Shown here piece by piece: positions 42,557 to 55,000 of a stretch of 64,000 nt of DNA. Made by a program: the position numbers and the translations under genes. Origin of the DNA: an uncultured Eubacteriales bacterium (lineage in GTDB: Bacteria; Bacillota; Clostridia; TANB77; UBA1234); contig CAYNRR010000008.1 of NCBI GenBank assembly GCA_964400015.1, forward strand, positions 644 to 64,643, in the 5' to 3' direction. The stretch's first letter is position 1. Each line of letters opens with the position of its first letter. The notes under the pieces were generated by a model. It was given only the letters and a program-made list of their open reading frames with translations. It ran no database searches and was not told where the DNA came from.

Positions 42557-43321
42557 ATGGAAGAACAAGGCAGTATAGTCTTACAAAAGAAAAATATATT
42601 AGCAGTATTTACAATTATTTTTACATTAACATCAATTTTTTATGTGATGGTAAATCAGCAAAATAGTTCAAAAATAGTAGCTGTTGCAAACGATAATGAA
42701 GTGGAAGAAATCGAAAGTGATATTGTATTGATCGAACAAATTGAGTATGCAACTGCAGAAACTATTGATGAAACTATAGAAGAAATTAGTGAAGAAGAAG
42801 AAACACTATTGCTAGCAAATAGAGCAAACAGAATAAATAAGAGTGAAACAGCAGTATCAAGAAAAGCTACAAGAGAAGATATTAGAGAAGAAATAACTTC
42901 TATCGAAAATGAAGAAGAACAAACAGTTAATAAAGCACAATACATTTCGTATAGAGATTTAGCAGAAGACAATCCACCAGCTGAATATAAAGAAGTCATG
43001 CAAGCGACTGCAACAGCATATTGCTTATGCAAAAAATGTTGTGGAAAATTGCCATCAGATCCTAATTATGGATGTACAGCATCAGGAATAAAAATCGTTC
43101 CAGGAACAGGAATGAAAGTAATAGCAGTTGATCCTAAAGTAATACCACTAGGAACAAAAGTATATGTAGATGGATTAAATGGAGCATGGGATTATGGATA
43201 CGCTATAGCAGCAGACACAGGTAGTGCAATCAAAAACTTAAAAATAGATTTATACATGGATACGCATGAAGATGCTTTAAGTTGGGGAAGAAGAAGCGTA
43301 AATATATACGTAGTTGAATAA
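42557..43321 (+). CDS. 3D-domain protein (MltA/YuiC-like), membrane-anchored.
   Basis: C-terminal 3D motif region: IAVDPKVIPLGTKVYVDG...AIAADTGSAIKNLKIDLY. Confidence 0.7.
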   Translation: MEEQGSIVLQKKNILAVFTIIFTLTSIFYVMVNQQNSSKIVAVANDNEVEEIESDIVLIEQIEYATAETIDETIEEISEEEETLLLANRANRINKSETAVSRKATREDIREEITSIENEEEQTVNKAQYISYRDLAEDNPPAEYKEVMQATATAYCLCKKCCGKLPSDPNYGCTASGIKIVPGTGMKVIAVDPKVIPLGTKVYVDGLNGAWDYGYAIAADTGSAIKNLKIDLYMDTHEDALSWGRRSVNIYVVE

Positions 43322-43326
43322 TAGGT

Positions 43327-43358
43327 AACCAGTGGGCGAAACTCACTGGTTTTTTATT
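43327..43358 (+). terminator. Intrinsic terminator after the 3D-domain gene.
   Basis: AACCAGTG...CACTGGTT then T-run. Confidence 0.7.
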
Positions 43359-43414
43359 TCATGAAATAGTTGCAAGTGCTAACTTTAAAAAGTATAATTA
43401 GTGTGAGGTGTAAT

Positions 43415-44242
43415 ATGAACTTACAAACAGAAACAGAGTTTTTATTAAAAAAATATAATCTAAAAGCTAATAAAAAGTTAGGACAAAACTTTTTAATAAG
43501 CGATGAAATAGTAAATAGAATAATTCAAGAAGCAGATGTTACAGCAGAGGACACAATAATTGAAATTGGTCCTGGATTAGGAGCATTAACTGCTAAACTT
43601 GCAGAGAATGCAAAAGAAGTATTTGCAATTGAATTAGATGAAAACATGATAAACGTTTTAACAGAAAGATTTTCGTTGTACCAAAATGTAAAAATAATTC
43701 ATGGAGATGTACTTAAAGTAAATTTAAGAGAACTAATTTCAGAAAAAACAAATGTAAAAGTTGTTGCAAATTTACCGTATTACATAACGACGCCAATAGT
43801 CATGAAACTACTTGAAGAAAAATTAAATATCGATCAAATAACAGTAATGGTACAGAAAGAAGTAGGAGAAAGGTTTACAGCCACTCCAAATGGAAAAGAA
43901 TATGGAGCAATAACAGTTAGCATAAATTATTATGCAGAACCAACAATAGTTATAGACGTTCCAAGAAACAATTTTAATCCAGTTCCTGATGTAGATTCTT
44001 GCGTAGTAAACTTAAAAATAAAAAAAGAACATATAGCAATAAAAGATGAAAAAACATTTTTTAAAGTTATAAAAGCAGCTTTCTCACAAAGAAGAAAAAA
44101 CATAGGAAACTCGCTAACAGGAATCGGAAAATCAAAACAAGAGATAAAAGAAATGCTAGACAAACTTGAAATAGATTCAAACTTAAGAGCAGAAAATTTA
44201 TCTATTGAAACATTTGCACAAATTGCAGATTACATAGCGTAA
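43415..44242 (+). CDS. rsmA: 16S rRNA A1518/A1519 dimethyltransferase RsmA/KsgA.
   Basis: KKLGQNFL, IEIGPGLGALT, NLPY motifs. Start at 43415 after GAGGTG. Confidence 0.9.
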   Translation: MNLQTETEFLLKKYNLKANKKLGQNFLISDEIVNRIIQEADVTAEDTIIEIGPGLGALTAKLAENAKEVFAIELDENMINVLTERFSLYQNVKIIHGDVLKVNLRELISEKTNVKVVANLPYYITTPIVMKLLEEKLNIDQITVMVQKEVGERFTATPNGKEYGAITVSINYYAEPTIVIDVPRNNFNPVPDVDSCVVNLKIKKEHIAIKDEKTFFKVIKAAFSQRRKNIGNSLTGIGKSKQEIKEMLDKLEIDSNLRAENLSIETFAQIADYIA

Positions 44243-44266
44243 ATTTTTAGAAAGAGGTACGAATAT

Positions 44267-45229
44267 ATGATCAATACAAATTATGTTGTTTTAATTGCAG
44301 ACGATGAAAACATATGGGAAACATTATGCAAGCTATTTGAACGTGAAGGAAACAAATATCAAATAACAAAAGTATCATCAGCGACCAAAAATGTTAAAGA
44401 AGCAATGCTTACAGTCCCAGACTTAGTAATAATAGATGAAGACTCATTAAAAAACAATGATATCAATACATTGATATCACTACTAAGAAAAAAATCAGAG
44501 TACGCAATAGCACCGATTGTTTTAATTTCAGAGCAAAGAGAAAAAGTACATAAACTAGAAATACTAAAAAAGGGAATAGAATTTTATATAAAAAAGCCAA
44601 TAGATGCAGACTTTTTCTTATTCACAATAAAAAATATTTCAAGACTAATAAGTGCAAATAGATGTATAAGTGCATTAACAGGTTTGCCTGGAAATATTCA
44701 AATTGAAAACGAATTGAAAAGAAGAATTGCCTCTAAAAAAACTTATGCTGTTCTATACATGGACTTAGATAATTTCAAAGCATACAACGATAAGTATGGC
44801 TTTACAAACGGTGACGATGTTATAAAATTTACAAGTGATATCATTCAAGATGCAATACAAATGTATGGTAAAAAAGGTGACTTTTTAGGTCATATAGGTG
44901 GCGACGACTTTGTAGCAGTAGTCGATTATGAAAATGCTAGAAAAATTGCAAAAGCTATAGTTGAGCAATTCGATAATGGAATAAAGAGATATTACACAGA
45001 GGAAGACGTAGAAAAAGGTTGGATAAAAGTAGCTAACAGAAAAGGCAAACTTGAAAAATATCCACTTATGACAATAACAGTAGCAATGATTAGTAACAAA
45101 TACAAAAAATATACAACAACAATAGAAATAGGTGAAGACGGAGCAAACGTAAAGAAAAAAGCAAAAACAATTCCAGGAAGTACATTCTTAGAAGACAAAA
45201 GAAGAATAACAAAAACAAATGAAAAGTAG
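44267..45229 (+). CDS. Response-regulator receiver plus GGDEF domain with a degenerate GGDDF active-site motif.
   Basis: REC Asp in LVIIDED. GGDEF-family LTGLPGN...YMDLDNFKAYND...GHIGGDDFVAV. Confidence 0.8.
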   Translation: MINTNYVVLIADDENIWETLCKLFEREGNKYQITKVSSATKNVKEAMLTVPDLVIIDEDSLKNNDINTLISLLRKKSEYAIAPIVLISEQREKVHKLEILKKGIEFYIKKPIDADFFLFTIKNISRLISANRCISALTGLPGNIQIENELKRRIASKKTYAVLYMDLDNFKAYNDKYGFTNGDDVIKFTSDIIQDAIQMYGKKGDFLGHIGGDDFVAVVDYENARKIAKAIVEQFDNGIKRYYTEEDVEKGWIKVANRKGKLEKYPLMTITVAMISNKYKKYTTTIEIGEDGANVKKKAKTIPGSTFLEDKRRITKTNEK

Positions 45230-45241
45230 GAGGAAATGTTA

Positions 45242-45796
45242 ATGAACAAAAGAAAAATAACGGCAATCGTTGGATGTTCAATTGCTTTAGTTTTAATAAT
45301 CTTATTGATAGTTATAAAAACAAAAACAACTTCGGATATACCTAAAGACGATATAACAAATAAAAATGATTTAATAGAAAACAATATACAAGAAGAACAA
45401 ACAATAAAATACACTAGTCCCAAAGGATACGAAATAGAATACGTTGCAGAAAAAATTCAGTTAACAATAGAAGATCAAAAAGATAAATATGTGTATATTG
45501 CAAGTGAAGATGAAGATAGCGAGAATGAGATTTATTTTGCAGTAACAATACTTGAAAACGAAAACAATACAGAAATAAAAAACAACTTAATTGCTACAGC
45601 AGATATGACAGGAGATTGCAAAATAACGCAAGCTAATTTAGAAGGCGTATATACAGAAAAAGAAAACGGAAAGTTAGTTATTCAAAACTTAATATTTGAA
45701 TTAGACGAAAACAAAATGGTACTTATCGAGATAAGCAAGGAAAAAGAAGAAAACAATTATATAAAAAATATGATAAAAACATTTAAAATAAACTAA
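45242..45796 (+). CDS. Membrane-anchored hypothetical protein.
   Basis: N-terminal TM ITAIVGCSIALVLIILLIVI. The ATG at 45242 is 9 nt after AGGAGGA (the 45236 ATG is too close). Confidence 0.45.
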   Translation: MNKRKITAIVGCSIALVLIILLIVIKTKTTSDIPKDDITNKNDLIENNIQEEQTIKYTSPKGYEIEYVAEKIQLTIEDQKDKYVYIASEDEDSENEIYFAVTILENENNTEIKNNLIATADMTGDCKITQANLEGVYTEKENGKLVIQNLIFELDENKMVLIEISKEKEENNYIKNMIKTFKIN

Positions 45797-45811
45797 AACT
45801 TGAAATGCTTG

Positions 45812-45852
45812 AATGCCTAGGAAAAGAAAAACATTCCTAGGCATTTTTATTT
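45812..45852 (+). terminator. Intrinsic terminator.
   Basis: AATGCCTAGG...CCTAGGCATT 10-bp stem then a T-run. Confidence 0.7.
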
Positions 45853-45944
45853 CCTTTGAAATCATTTTTAATATTTTGAAATATTTGAGAAAAATAAATG
45901 TAATAAAAACTTAATAAAACACTTAAAAGATACTTCCGTAAAAG

Positions 45945-45960
45945 GTTTTCACGTGAAACA
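45945..45960. promoter_or_regulatory. parS-like site (14/16), 100 bp upstream of the giant gene.
   Basis: GTTTTCACGTGAAACA. The core TTTCACGTGAAAC is perfect. Confidence 0.4.
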
Positions 45961-46057
45961 AAATTCGGAAAATCTAACCACTAGATTCTAATTTATATAA
46001 GAGGTATTATGATAGCGAATAGTAGTAGCTATTAGTTTTCAAGGAGGTATCGTACAT

Positions 46058-49000
46058 ATGAGAAAACAAAAAGGTATTTCTATGGTTTCGTTAGTTATAA
46101 CAATCGTAGTCTTATTCATATTGCTTGGAATAGGTTTTTCGTATTCCAATAATTCAATAAAACAAGCTGGTAGAGGAGTGTTTGTCAGAGAACTTTCACT
46201 TGTTCAACAAGCAGCTAACGAAAAGAAATTAGATAACCAGATTGAAGGTAGTTCAGAAGAAATAAAGTTTAAAGGCTTTTATAAAACGAAAATAAAAAAT
46301 CCTCCTGTAAGTTTTGCGAGCTTTAGTGAAGATGAAATCTATGGATATGTAATAGACCTAGAATACGTTCATACAGAAGATGCAGACAGAGGACATGATT
46401 ACAAACGTTTTGCTAAAGACATAGAAAATAACGTTGTCGAATTCGGAAAAGACGATGTATATGTATGCGATAAAGACGGAAATGTATTTTATGCAAAAGG
46501 TTATCAAACGGATGAAGGAACATACTATTCAAAAAATGAAATAGAAGGACTAGGACCAGAATTCGTATCGATAGATAAAATAATATCATCAGATGCAAAG
46601 AGTGCAATAATAAGAGTCGTAGTAAAGAAAAGCAATAGTGGAGATCTAAGCTTAAAAGTAGACGATGAAGATGCAACAAAAATAGGAACATCAGATGATG
46701 GCACGATGGATACATTTGAAAAAGAAGTGTTTGAAAACAAAACATACAAACTAACAGCAGCAGAAGAAAAAGATGGAACAATAGGAAAAACAACATCATC
46801 AGTAGAAGTAACAGAACTAGACGTAATCACATACGTAATGAAATACGATGCAAACGGTGGAACAGATGCACCAGCATCACACTTGAAAACAGAAAATATA
46901 ATAGCAAGATTATCAACGCAAATTCCAAATAGAGATGGCTACACATTTTTAGGATGGAACGAAAATCCATCAGCAACAATAGCAACATACAAACCAGGTG
47001 GTGAGTATGTATTCGATAGAGACATAACATTCTTCGCAGTATGGAAAGAAGGAAAAGTAAGAACATACAATGTAACATATAATGCAAATGGTGGTACAAA
47101 TGGACCACTATCACAAGAAAACTTAAGTGGAGATTATACAATATCAAACATAACTCCAACTAGAGATGGATATGGCTTCTTAGGTTGGAACGAAGATTCA
47201 AGAGCAACAACAGCCACATACAATCCAGGCGACACAATCACACTTACAAAAAATTTAGCATTATATGCAATATGGGCAAAAGGAACATACACAGTAACAC
47301 TATCAACAAATCCAGAAGGAGCAGGAACAGTAACAGGTAGCACGGCAAAAGTAGATGGAGTTGAAACATACATATCAACAATAGCAAATCCAGGATACAT
47401 ATTTAAAAATTGGACAGTAAAATCAGGAAGCATAAACTTAAAAAATTCAGCATCAACAACAACATCATTCATAATGCCAAAAGAAAATGTAGAAATAGTA
47501 GCAAATTATGAAGTTGGAGATTTAACAGTAAAATACAATGCTAATAAAGGAAAAGGTGCACCATCAGAAGAATCAGCAAAATACGGCGACACAATAATAA
47601 TAAGTCCTAAAATTCCAACAAGGGCAGGATATGACTTCGTAGGTTGGTCATTAAAACAAACAGCAACAGAAGGAACATACTTTGCAGGACAAACATATAC
47701 AGTAAAAGAAAACGTAACATTTTATGCAATATGGAAAGAAAACATTCCAACATACACATTAACATTCAACTTGAATGGTGGATATGGAAACAAAGCAGGA
47801 GAAATAGGAAAATTTGCATCAATAACAAAAGTAAAAGGTGGAAAAATAACAATCCCAGTAGGTGGTGCAGACGAACCATATAGAAAAGATTATGTATTCA
47901 AAGGCTGGGCATTAAATCCAGACTCAAAAGAAGTAGTTTTAAATCCAGGAGACATATATTCAAAAGATGCAGACATAGAAATATATGCAGTATGGAAAGA
48001 TGAAACACCACCAACATTAGTATTAACACCAAAACAAGAAGAAGGTTCAAGCGAAGTAAAAATTATAGCAACAGCACATGACGAAGGAAGCCTTGCTGGA
48101 TATGCTTGGACAAAAACAAACGTAGAACCAACAATATGGGAAACAGAAGAAATAAAAGGAACAGACCTAACAGTAGAAAAAACAATAAAAGAAAAAGGAG
48201 AACACTACTTTTGGGTAAAAGACACAGCAGGAAACGTAGTATCAGAATCAATAAAAGCATACGAAATAAAATATGATGCAAACGGTGGAACAAATGCACC
48301 AGAAACACAATATCAACTAGAAAACGTAGACTTAAGGTTATCAACACAAAAACCAAAATTAGAACAATATACATTCTTAGGATGGTCAACATCAGCAGCA
48401 CCAGGCAATACAGAAAGTGACGTAAACTTTAAAAGTGGAGCAATATTAAATATAAACTCAGACATCACACTAAAAGCAGTATGGGGTGAAGCAGGCTTCA
48501 AGCTAAGCACGAAAAATGTGACAACACAAATAGATGGACCAAGTGTAACAGTAACAGTAACAAAAAGTTCATACACAGGAAACATAACAGTATCAAGTGC
48601 AGACACAGAAAAAGCTACAGCAACAATAAAAGACAACACAATAACAATAACACCAGGAACAAAAATCGGTGATGTAGAAATAACAGTAACAGAAGATGCA
48701 GAAGGAACAACAGAAAAAATACTAGTAATAGTAAATAGAGGAATAAGAAAAATAACATTAGACAAAACAGAAACAGAATTCACATATGGAGACTCAAGTG
48801 AAAAAATAGGATTCACATATAACGGAAAATCAACAACATTATCAACACAAACAAGCAACTCAGAAGTTGCAACAGCAACAGCAACAGACAAAACACTTAC
48901 AATAAAACCAAAAAATACAGGAACAGCAACAATAACATTAGTGTTAGCTCAAGACGATCAATACTTAGAACAAACAGCAAAAGTAGAAGTAACAATAACA

Positions 49001-52000
49001 AAGAGAAAAATAATAGTTACACCAGACGCAAATCAAAACAAAGAATATGACGGAACAGCGTTAACACCAACAATAACATACACATACACAGGCAACAAAG
49101 GAAGCGAAACACCAAAATTCACAGGAGAACTAGCAAGAGAAATAGGAAGTGAAATAGGGGAATATGTAATAACAATAGGAACATTAGCATTAGCAGACAA
49201 CGGAGACTTCAAAGCATCAAACTACACATTAGAACTATCAACAACAAAAATATATTTCACAATAACAGCAAAAAAAATAGCAGTACCATCAGCAATAACA
49301 CCACAAGAATATGATGGAACAACAAAATACGGTGTAGCAGAAGGCGAATACTATATAAGAGGTGGAGAATATCAAAAAATAAATGCAGGCAAATACACAG
49401 CAACAGTAACACTAAAAGACATCAAAAACTATGTATGGGAAGACACAAACACAACAACAGCCAAAAACATAAAATGGGAAATCACCAGATATAATCTATC
49501 AAATGCAGATATTACCGTAGAAACAATACCAAATAAAGAATACACAGGAACTGAAATAACACCAATTCCAGTAGTAAAAAAAGGCGAAACAACATTAGAA
49601 AACGGAAACGATTATACATTAACATACAAAAACAACGTAAATGTAGGAACAGCAACAATAACAATAGAAGGAAAAGGCAACTATGAAGGAACATTAACAA
49701 CAACATTTGAAATAACATCAGCAACAATGCAAGTAGACGCATCAGGATATACAGGAATGTATGACAATGCAAATCACTCAATAAAAGTAACACCAATATG
49801 GCCAACAGCAGGATACACAATATACTACTCAACAATAGAACTAACGCAAGCAAACTACAAAACAGACGGAACAACAACAAATCCAACATACAAAGATGTA
49901 GGAACAACAACAGTGTACTACTACATAGTAGCGTCAAACTTCAAAGACTACACAGGAAACGAAACAATAAAAATAACATCAAAAGATATATCAGGAAACT
50001 TAACAATATCAGGAATCGTAGACAAAACATATACAGGTAGTCAAATAACACAAACAATAACAGTAAAAGATAATGATCAAAATAGAAACCTAGAAGAAGG
50101 AAAAGAATACACAGTAACATATAAAGACAACATAAAAGTAGGAACAGCAACAATAACAATAGAAGGAAAAGGCAACTACGCAGGAACAATAACAAAAACA
50201 TTCAAAATACTAGGAGACACAATCACAATAGCAAAAGACACAGAAGCAGTAGTAGAAAAGCTAGAAATAACAATAACAAGAACACTAACACCAGGAAAAC
50301 TACAATACAAAATAAACAATGGAGAATGGAAAGACTACAGAGGACCATTTGAAATAACAGAAGACTGTACAATTTATGCACGTTCAATAGATGGAGAAAA
50401 CATACTAGGAACAAACGAACTACAAATAACAAACATATGTGAGCACGAATACACAGAAGTAACATGTACAGAAGACTCAGTATGTAAATATTGTGGAAAA
50501 CTAAACAAAGAAAAACTAGGACATGACTTCACATCAAAAACACCAACAGTAGCATATCAATGCACAGCAACAACATGTACAGAAAAAGCAACATACTACT
50601 ACAAATGTACAAGATGTACAGAAAAAGGAACAGAAACATATGAATATGGCGAAGCACTAGGCCATGACTTCACATCAAAAACAGCAACAGCAACATATCT
50701 ATGTACACCAGCAACATGTACAGAAAAAGCGACATACTACTACAAATGTACAAGATGTGCCGCAAAAGGGACAGAAACATACGAATACGGAGAACCAGAC
50801 GGCCACGACTTCACTTCAAAAACACAAACACAAGAATACTGGAAATCAGACGCAACATGTACAGTAGCAACAACATACTACTACAAATGTACAAAATGTG
50901 AAGCAAAAGGAACAGCAACATACACAGTAGGAAGTCCACTAGGACATGACTTCACAGAAAAAATAATAAACGACACATACATCTGCACAACAGCAACATG
51001 TACAAAACCAGCAACATACTATTACAAATGTTCAAGATGTAACGAAAAAAGCACAGAAACATATGAATACGGTGAACCACTAGGACATAGTTATGGAGAA
51101 TATGTAGAAAAACAAGCTGCAACATGTGTAACAGAAGGAATAGAAGAAGCAACATGTATAAGATGTGGAACCACAACAACAAGAACAACAGCAACAAATC
51201 CAGAAAACCACGAAGGCACAATACAAGAAATAGAAATAACAGCCGCAACATGTACAACAACAGGAAGAAAGAAATACGTATGCTCAGCATGTAACGGTAT
51301 AATAAGATACGAAACAATAGCAGCACTAGGCCACGACTGGGATGCAGAAGAGCCACCAAGAGAATGTAGAAGATGTGGCTTAAGAGAAGAATACGTAGCA
51401 CAAGCAATCTACTGCGAATCAGACGGCTCATTAACATTTATAAAGAGTTTAACAGAATACCAAGCAGGCGATACATATGATGGAAAAATAGTAACAGTAG
51501 TGTATAAGGGGTTTGAGACAGAGGAATATTCGAGTGGAACAGCTGTACCTTGGTATGAAAATAGAGAAAAAATCACAAGTGTTAGAGTAACAGATAGTAT
51601 CGAACCAATAAGTACAGCATATTGGTTTAAAAATTTTGAAAATTGTGGATCGTTCGATTTAGGAAAGCTTATTACAGACAATGTAATAGATATGAAATAT
51701 ATGTTTAGTCGAGCAGGATATAATGCAGAAAGAGTAGAAATTGCTGGACCACGTTCATGGGATACATCAAAAGTAACAGATATGAGTTTCATGTTTGAAT
51801 ATACAGCATGTACTTCTGAGATATTTACTCTAGACTATTTAGATAATTTAGATGTTTCTAGTGTAACCAATATGCAAGGTATGTTTAATACTACAGCTAT
51901 TAGCACTACAACATGGAGTATAGGTAACTTAAGTAATTGGAATGTATCGAACGTAATAGATATGTCAAGCATGTTTGCATGTGCAGGATATTATTCTACA

Positions 52001-55000
52001 GTATGGAGCGTTGGTGACTTGAGTGATTGGAACGTATCGAATGTGATAAATATGAGTGGTATGTTTGATTGTGCAGGTTATAATACAAAATTATTTAAGA
52101 TTGGAGACATAGGCAAATGGGATGTGCTAAACGTAACTAATATGTCGAATATGTTTCATTGTGCAGGACATAATGCATCTGAATTATGGAGTATAGGAGA
52201 TTTAAGCAACTGGGATGTATCCAATGTAACTAACATGAAAGAATTGTTTATGGCAGCAGGTTTTCTAGCTACTAATTGGGACATAGGAGATTTAAGCAAC
52301 TGGGACGTATCGAGTGTAACTAATATGGACTCAATGTTTACATACATAGGTGGTAAATCGAGAGATTTAGATATAGGAAAACTAAATAACTGGAATGTTT
52401 CAAATGTAACTAATATGCATGGAATGTTTTGTTATGCTGGTAGTGAAAAAGCCCTTACATTTGATATAGGAAATTTAGATGCCTGGAATGTCTCAAACGT
52501 AACAGATATGAGTTTGATGTTTGCTGGTGCTGGAAACAGTGCACAAAAATGGAATATAGGAGATTTAGGTGCATGGAATACATCGAAGGTTGCAGATATG
52601 CGACAAATGTTCTATGTGTGTAGAAATCTAAAAGAACTAAACTTAAGTGGATGGGATACAAGCAATGTAACAACAATGGAAGAAATGTTCTATGGATGTT
52701 ATAAATTAGAAGAGATTAGCTTAGGCAAAAATTTCAAATTTGTTGGAACAAACGGTTACTTACCAGCCCCAAGTAGCACACACATCACAGGAGCAAACGG
52801 CTTATGGTACAACAAAGCAACAGGAATTGGCTATGCACCGGAAGATATACCAAATAACACAGCAGCAACGTATACAGCATTTCCACCGAAAACAGCACAA
52901 GCAATCTACTGCGAATCAGACGGTTCATTAACATTTATAAAAGATACGCCGTATACGGTTGGTGGAACGTATAATGGAAAAACAATAACAGCAGTGTATA
53001 CAGGATTTGAAACAGAGGAATATTTTACAGATACAGATATACCTTGGTACGAAAACAGAAACAACATTACAAGTGTTGTATTTAAAGATAAAATAACTCC
53101 TCTTAGAACAGCATATTGGTTCTATAAGTTTGAAAATTGTGCAAATTTTGATGTAACTAATTTAGATACTTCTAATGTTAGTTCGATGACTTATATGTTT
53201 GGATTAGCAGGTTTTGAATCAAGTAGTACAACATTTAAAATTATTGGAATGGATAGTTGGAATACAAGTAATGTACAGAGTATGTATAGAATGTTTAGAT
53301 ATGCTGGCACCAAAGCCATAACATTTGATATAGGTGATTTGAGTAACTGGGATACTTCCTTAGTACATGATATGAGCGGTATGTTTTATAGTACAGCAGA
53401 TAGAGCGACAACGTTTGACATTGGTGATATAGGTAAATGGGATGTATCAAATGTATGGGAAATGGACAGTATGTTTAATAATACTGCTGGTGAATGTCAA
53501 ACGTTTAATATAGGCGATTTAAGTAATTGGAATGTATCAAAAGTAACTACTATGTCAAACATGTTTAGTAATATTGGTGGTTTTTATTGTACAACATTTG
53601 ATATTGGTGATATAGGTAAATGGAATGTATCAAGCGTAACAGACATGTCATATATGTTCTATTCTGTTATATGTAATAAAGGTACAACGTTTAATATAGG
53701 CGATTTAAGTAATTGGAATGTGTCAAATGTAACAGATATGTCATATATGTTTGCGGTTTGTGCTAATAATAAAGCATCTAAATTTAATATAGGCGATTTA
53801 AGTAATTGGGATGTATCAAACGTAACTAATATGGCGGGAATGTTTTCTTATTTAGGTGCTAGTGCCACAACGTTGAGTATAGGAGACTTAAGTAATTGGA
53901 AAGTATCAAATGTAACGAATATGCATGGTATGTTTGAATCAGCAGGTCAGAATGCTGCAACATTTAACATTGGTAATATAGGCAAATGGGATGTATCAAA
54001 AGTTACAGATATGTATGGTATGTTTGATTCTACAGCTAATAGTGCCACAACATTTAATATAGGAGACTTAAGTAACTGGAATGTGTCAAACGTGACAGAT
54101 ATGGGAAGGATGTTTACTGCTGTTGCAGAAAATGTGACTGAACTTAATATAGGAGATTTAGGATCTTGGAATACTTCAAAAGTAACCAATATGTCAGAGA
54201 TGTTCAGAGGATGTACTAAATTAAAAACACTAAACCTAAGTGGATGGGACACAAGCAATGTAACCAAAATGTCAAATATGTTCTATCATTGTTATAACTT
54301 ACAAGAAGTTACACTAGGTAAAAAATTCAGCTTTGTAGGAACAGATGGCTACTTACCAGTACCAAGTGGTACATATATTACAGATGCAACTGGTCTATGG
54401 TACAACAAGGCAACGAAAGTTGGTTATGCACCAGAAGATATACCAAATAAGACAGCAGCAACATACGTAGCATATCCTGTAAAAACAGCGCAAGCAATCT
54501 ACTGTTCATCAGATAATTCATTAACATTTGTAAATAGTACAACACTATATTCAGTAGGTGGTAAATATAGCAATAAAACAATAACAGCAGTATACACAGG
54601 GTTTGAAGATGAAGAATATTCATGGAACAATAATGTACCTTGGTATAACTACAGAGAAAGTATAAAGAGTGTTACAGTAAAAGATACAATAACACCAAAA
54701 AGTACAGCATACTGGTTTGAAGAATTCAAAAACTGTAGTACGTTTACTGTAACAAATTTAGACGTATCCAAAGTAAAAAATATGACAAGCATGTTCAGTA
54801 ATGCAGGTTTAAAATCTACATCATACAAAATAACTGGAATGAATAACTGGGACGTATCAAATGTAACAGATATGAGTTATATGTTTGCATATTCACAATC
54901 TTGGTCAGCTGATGGAGGTCCACAATGGACATCATTTAATATAGGTGACTTAAGTAAATGGAATACAAGCAAAGTTACAGATATGTCAAATATGTTTACA

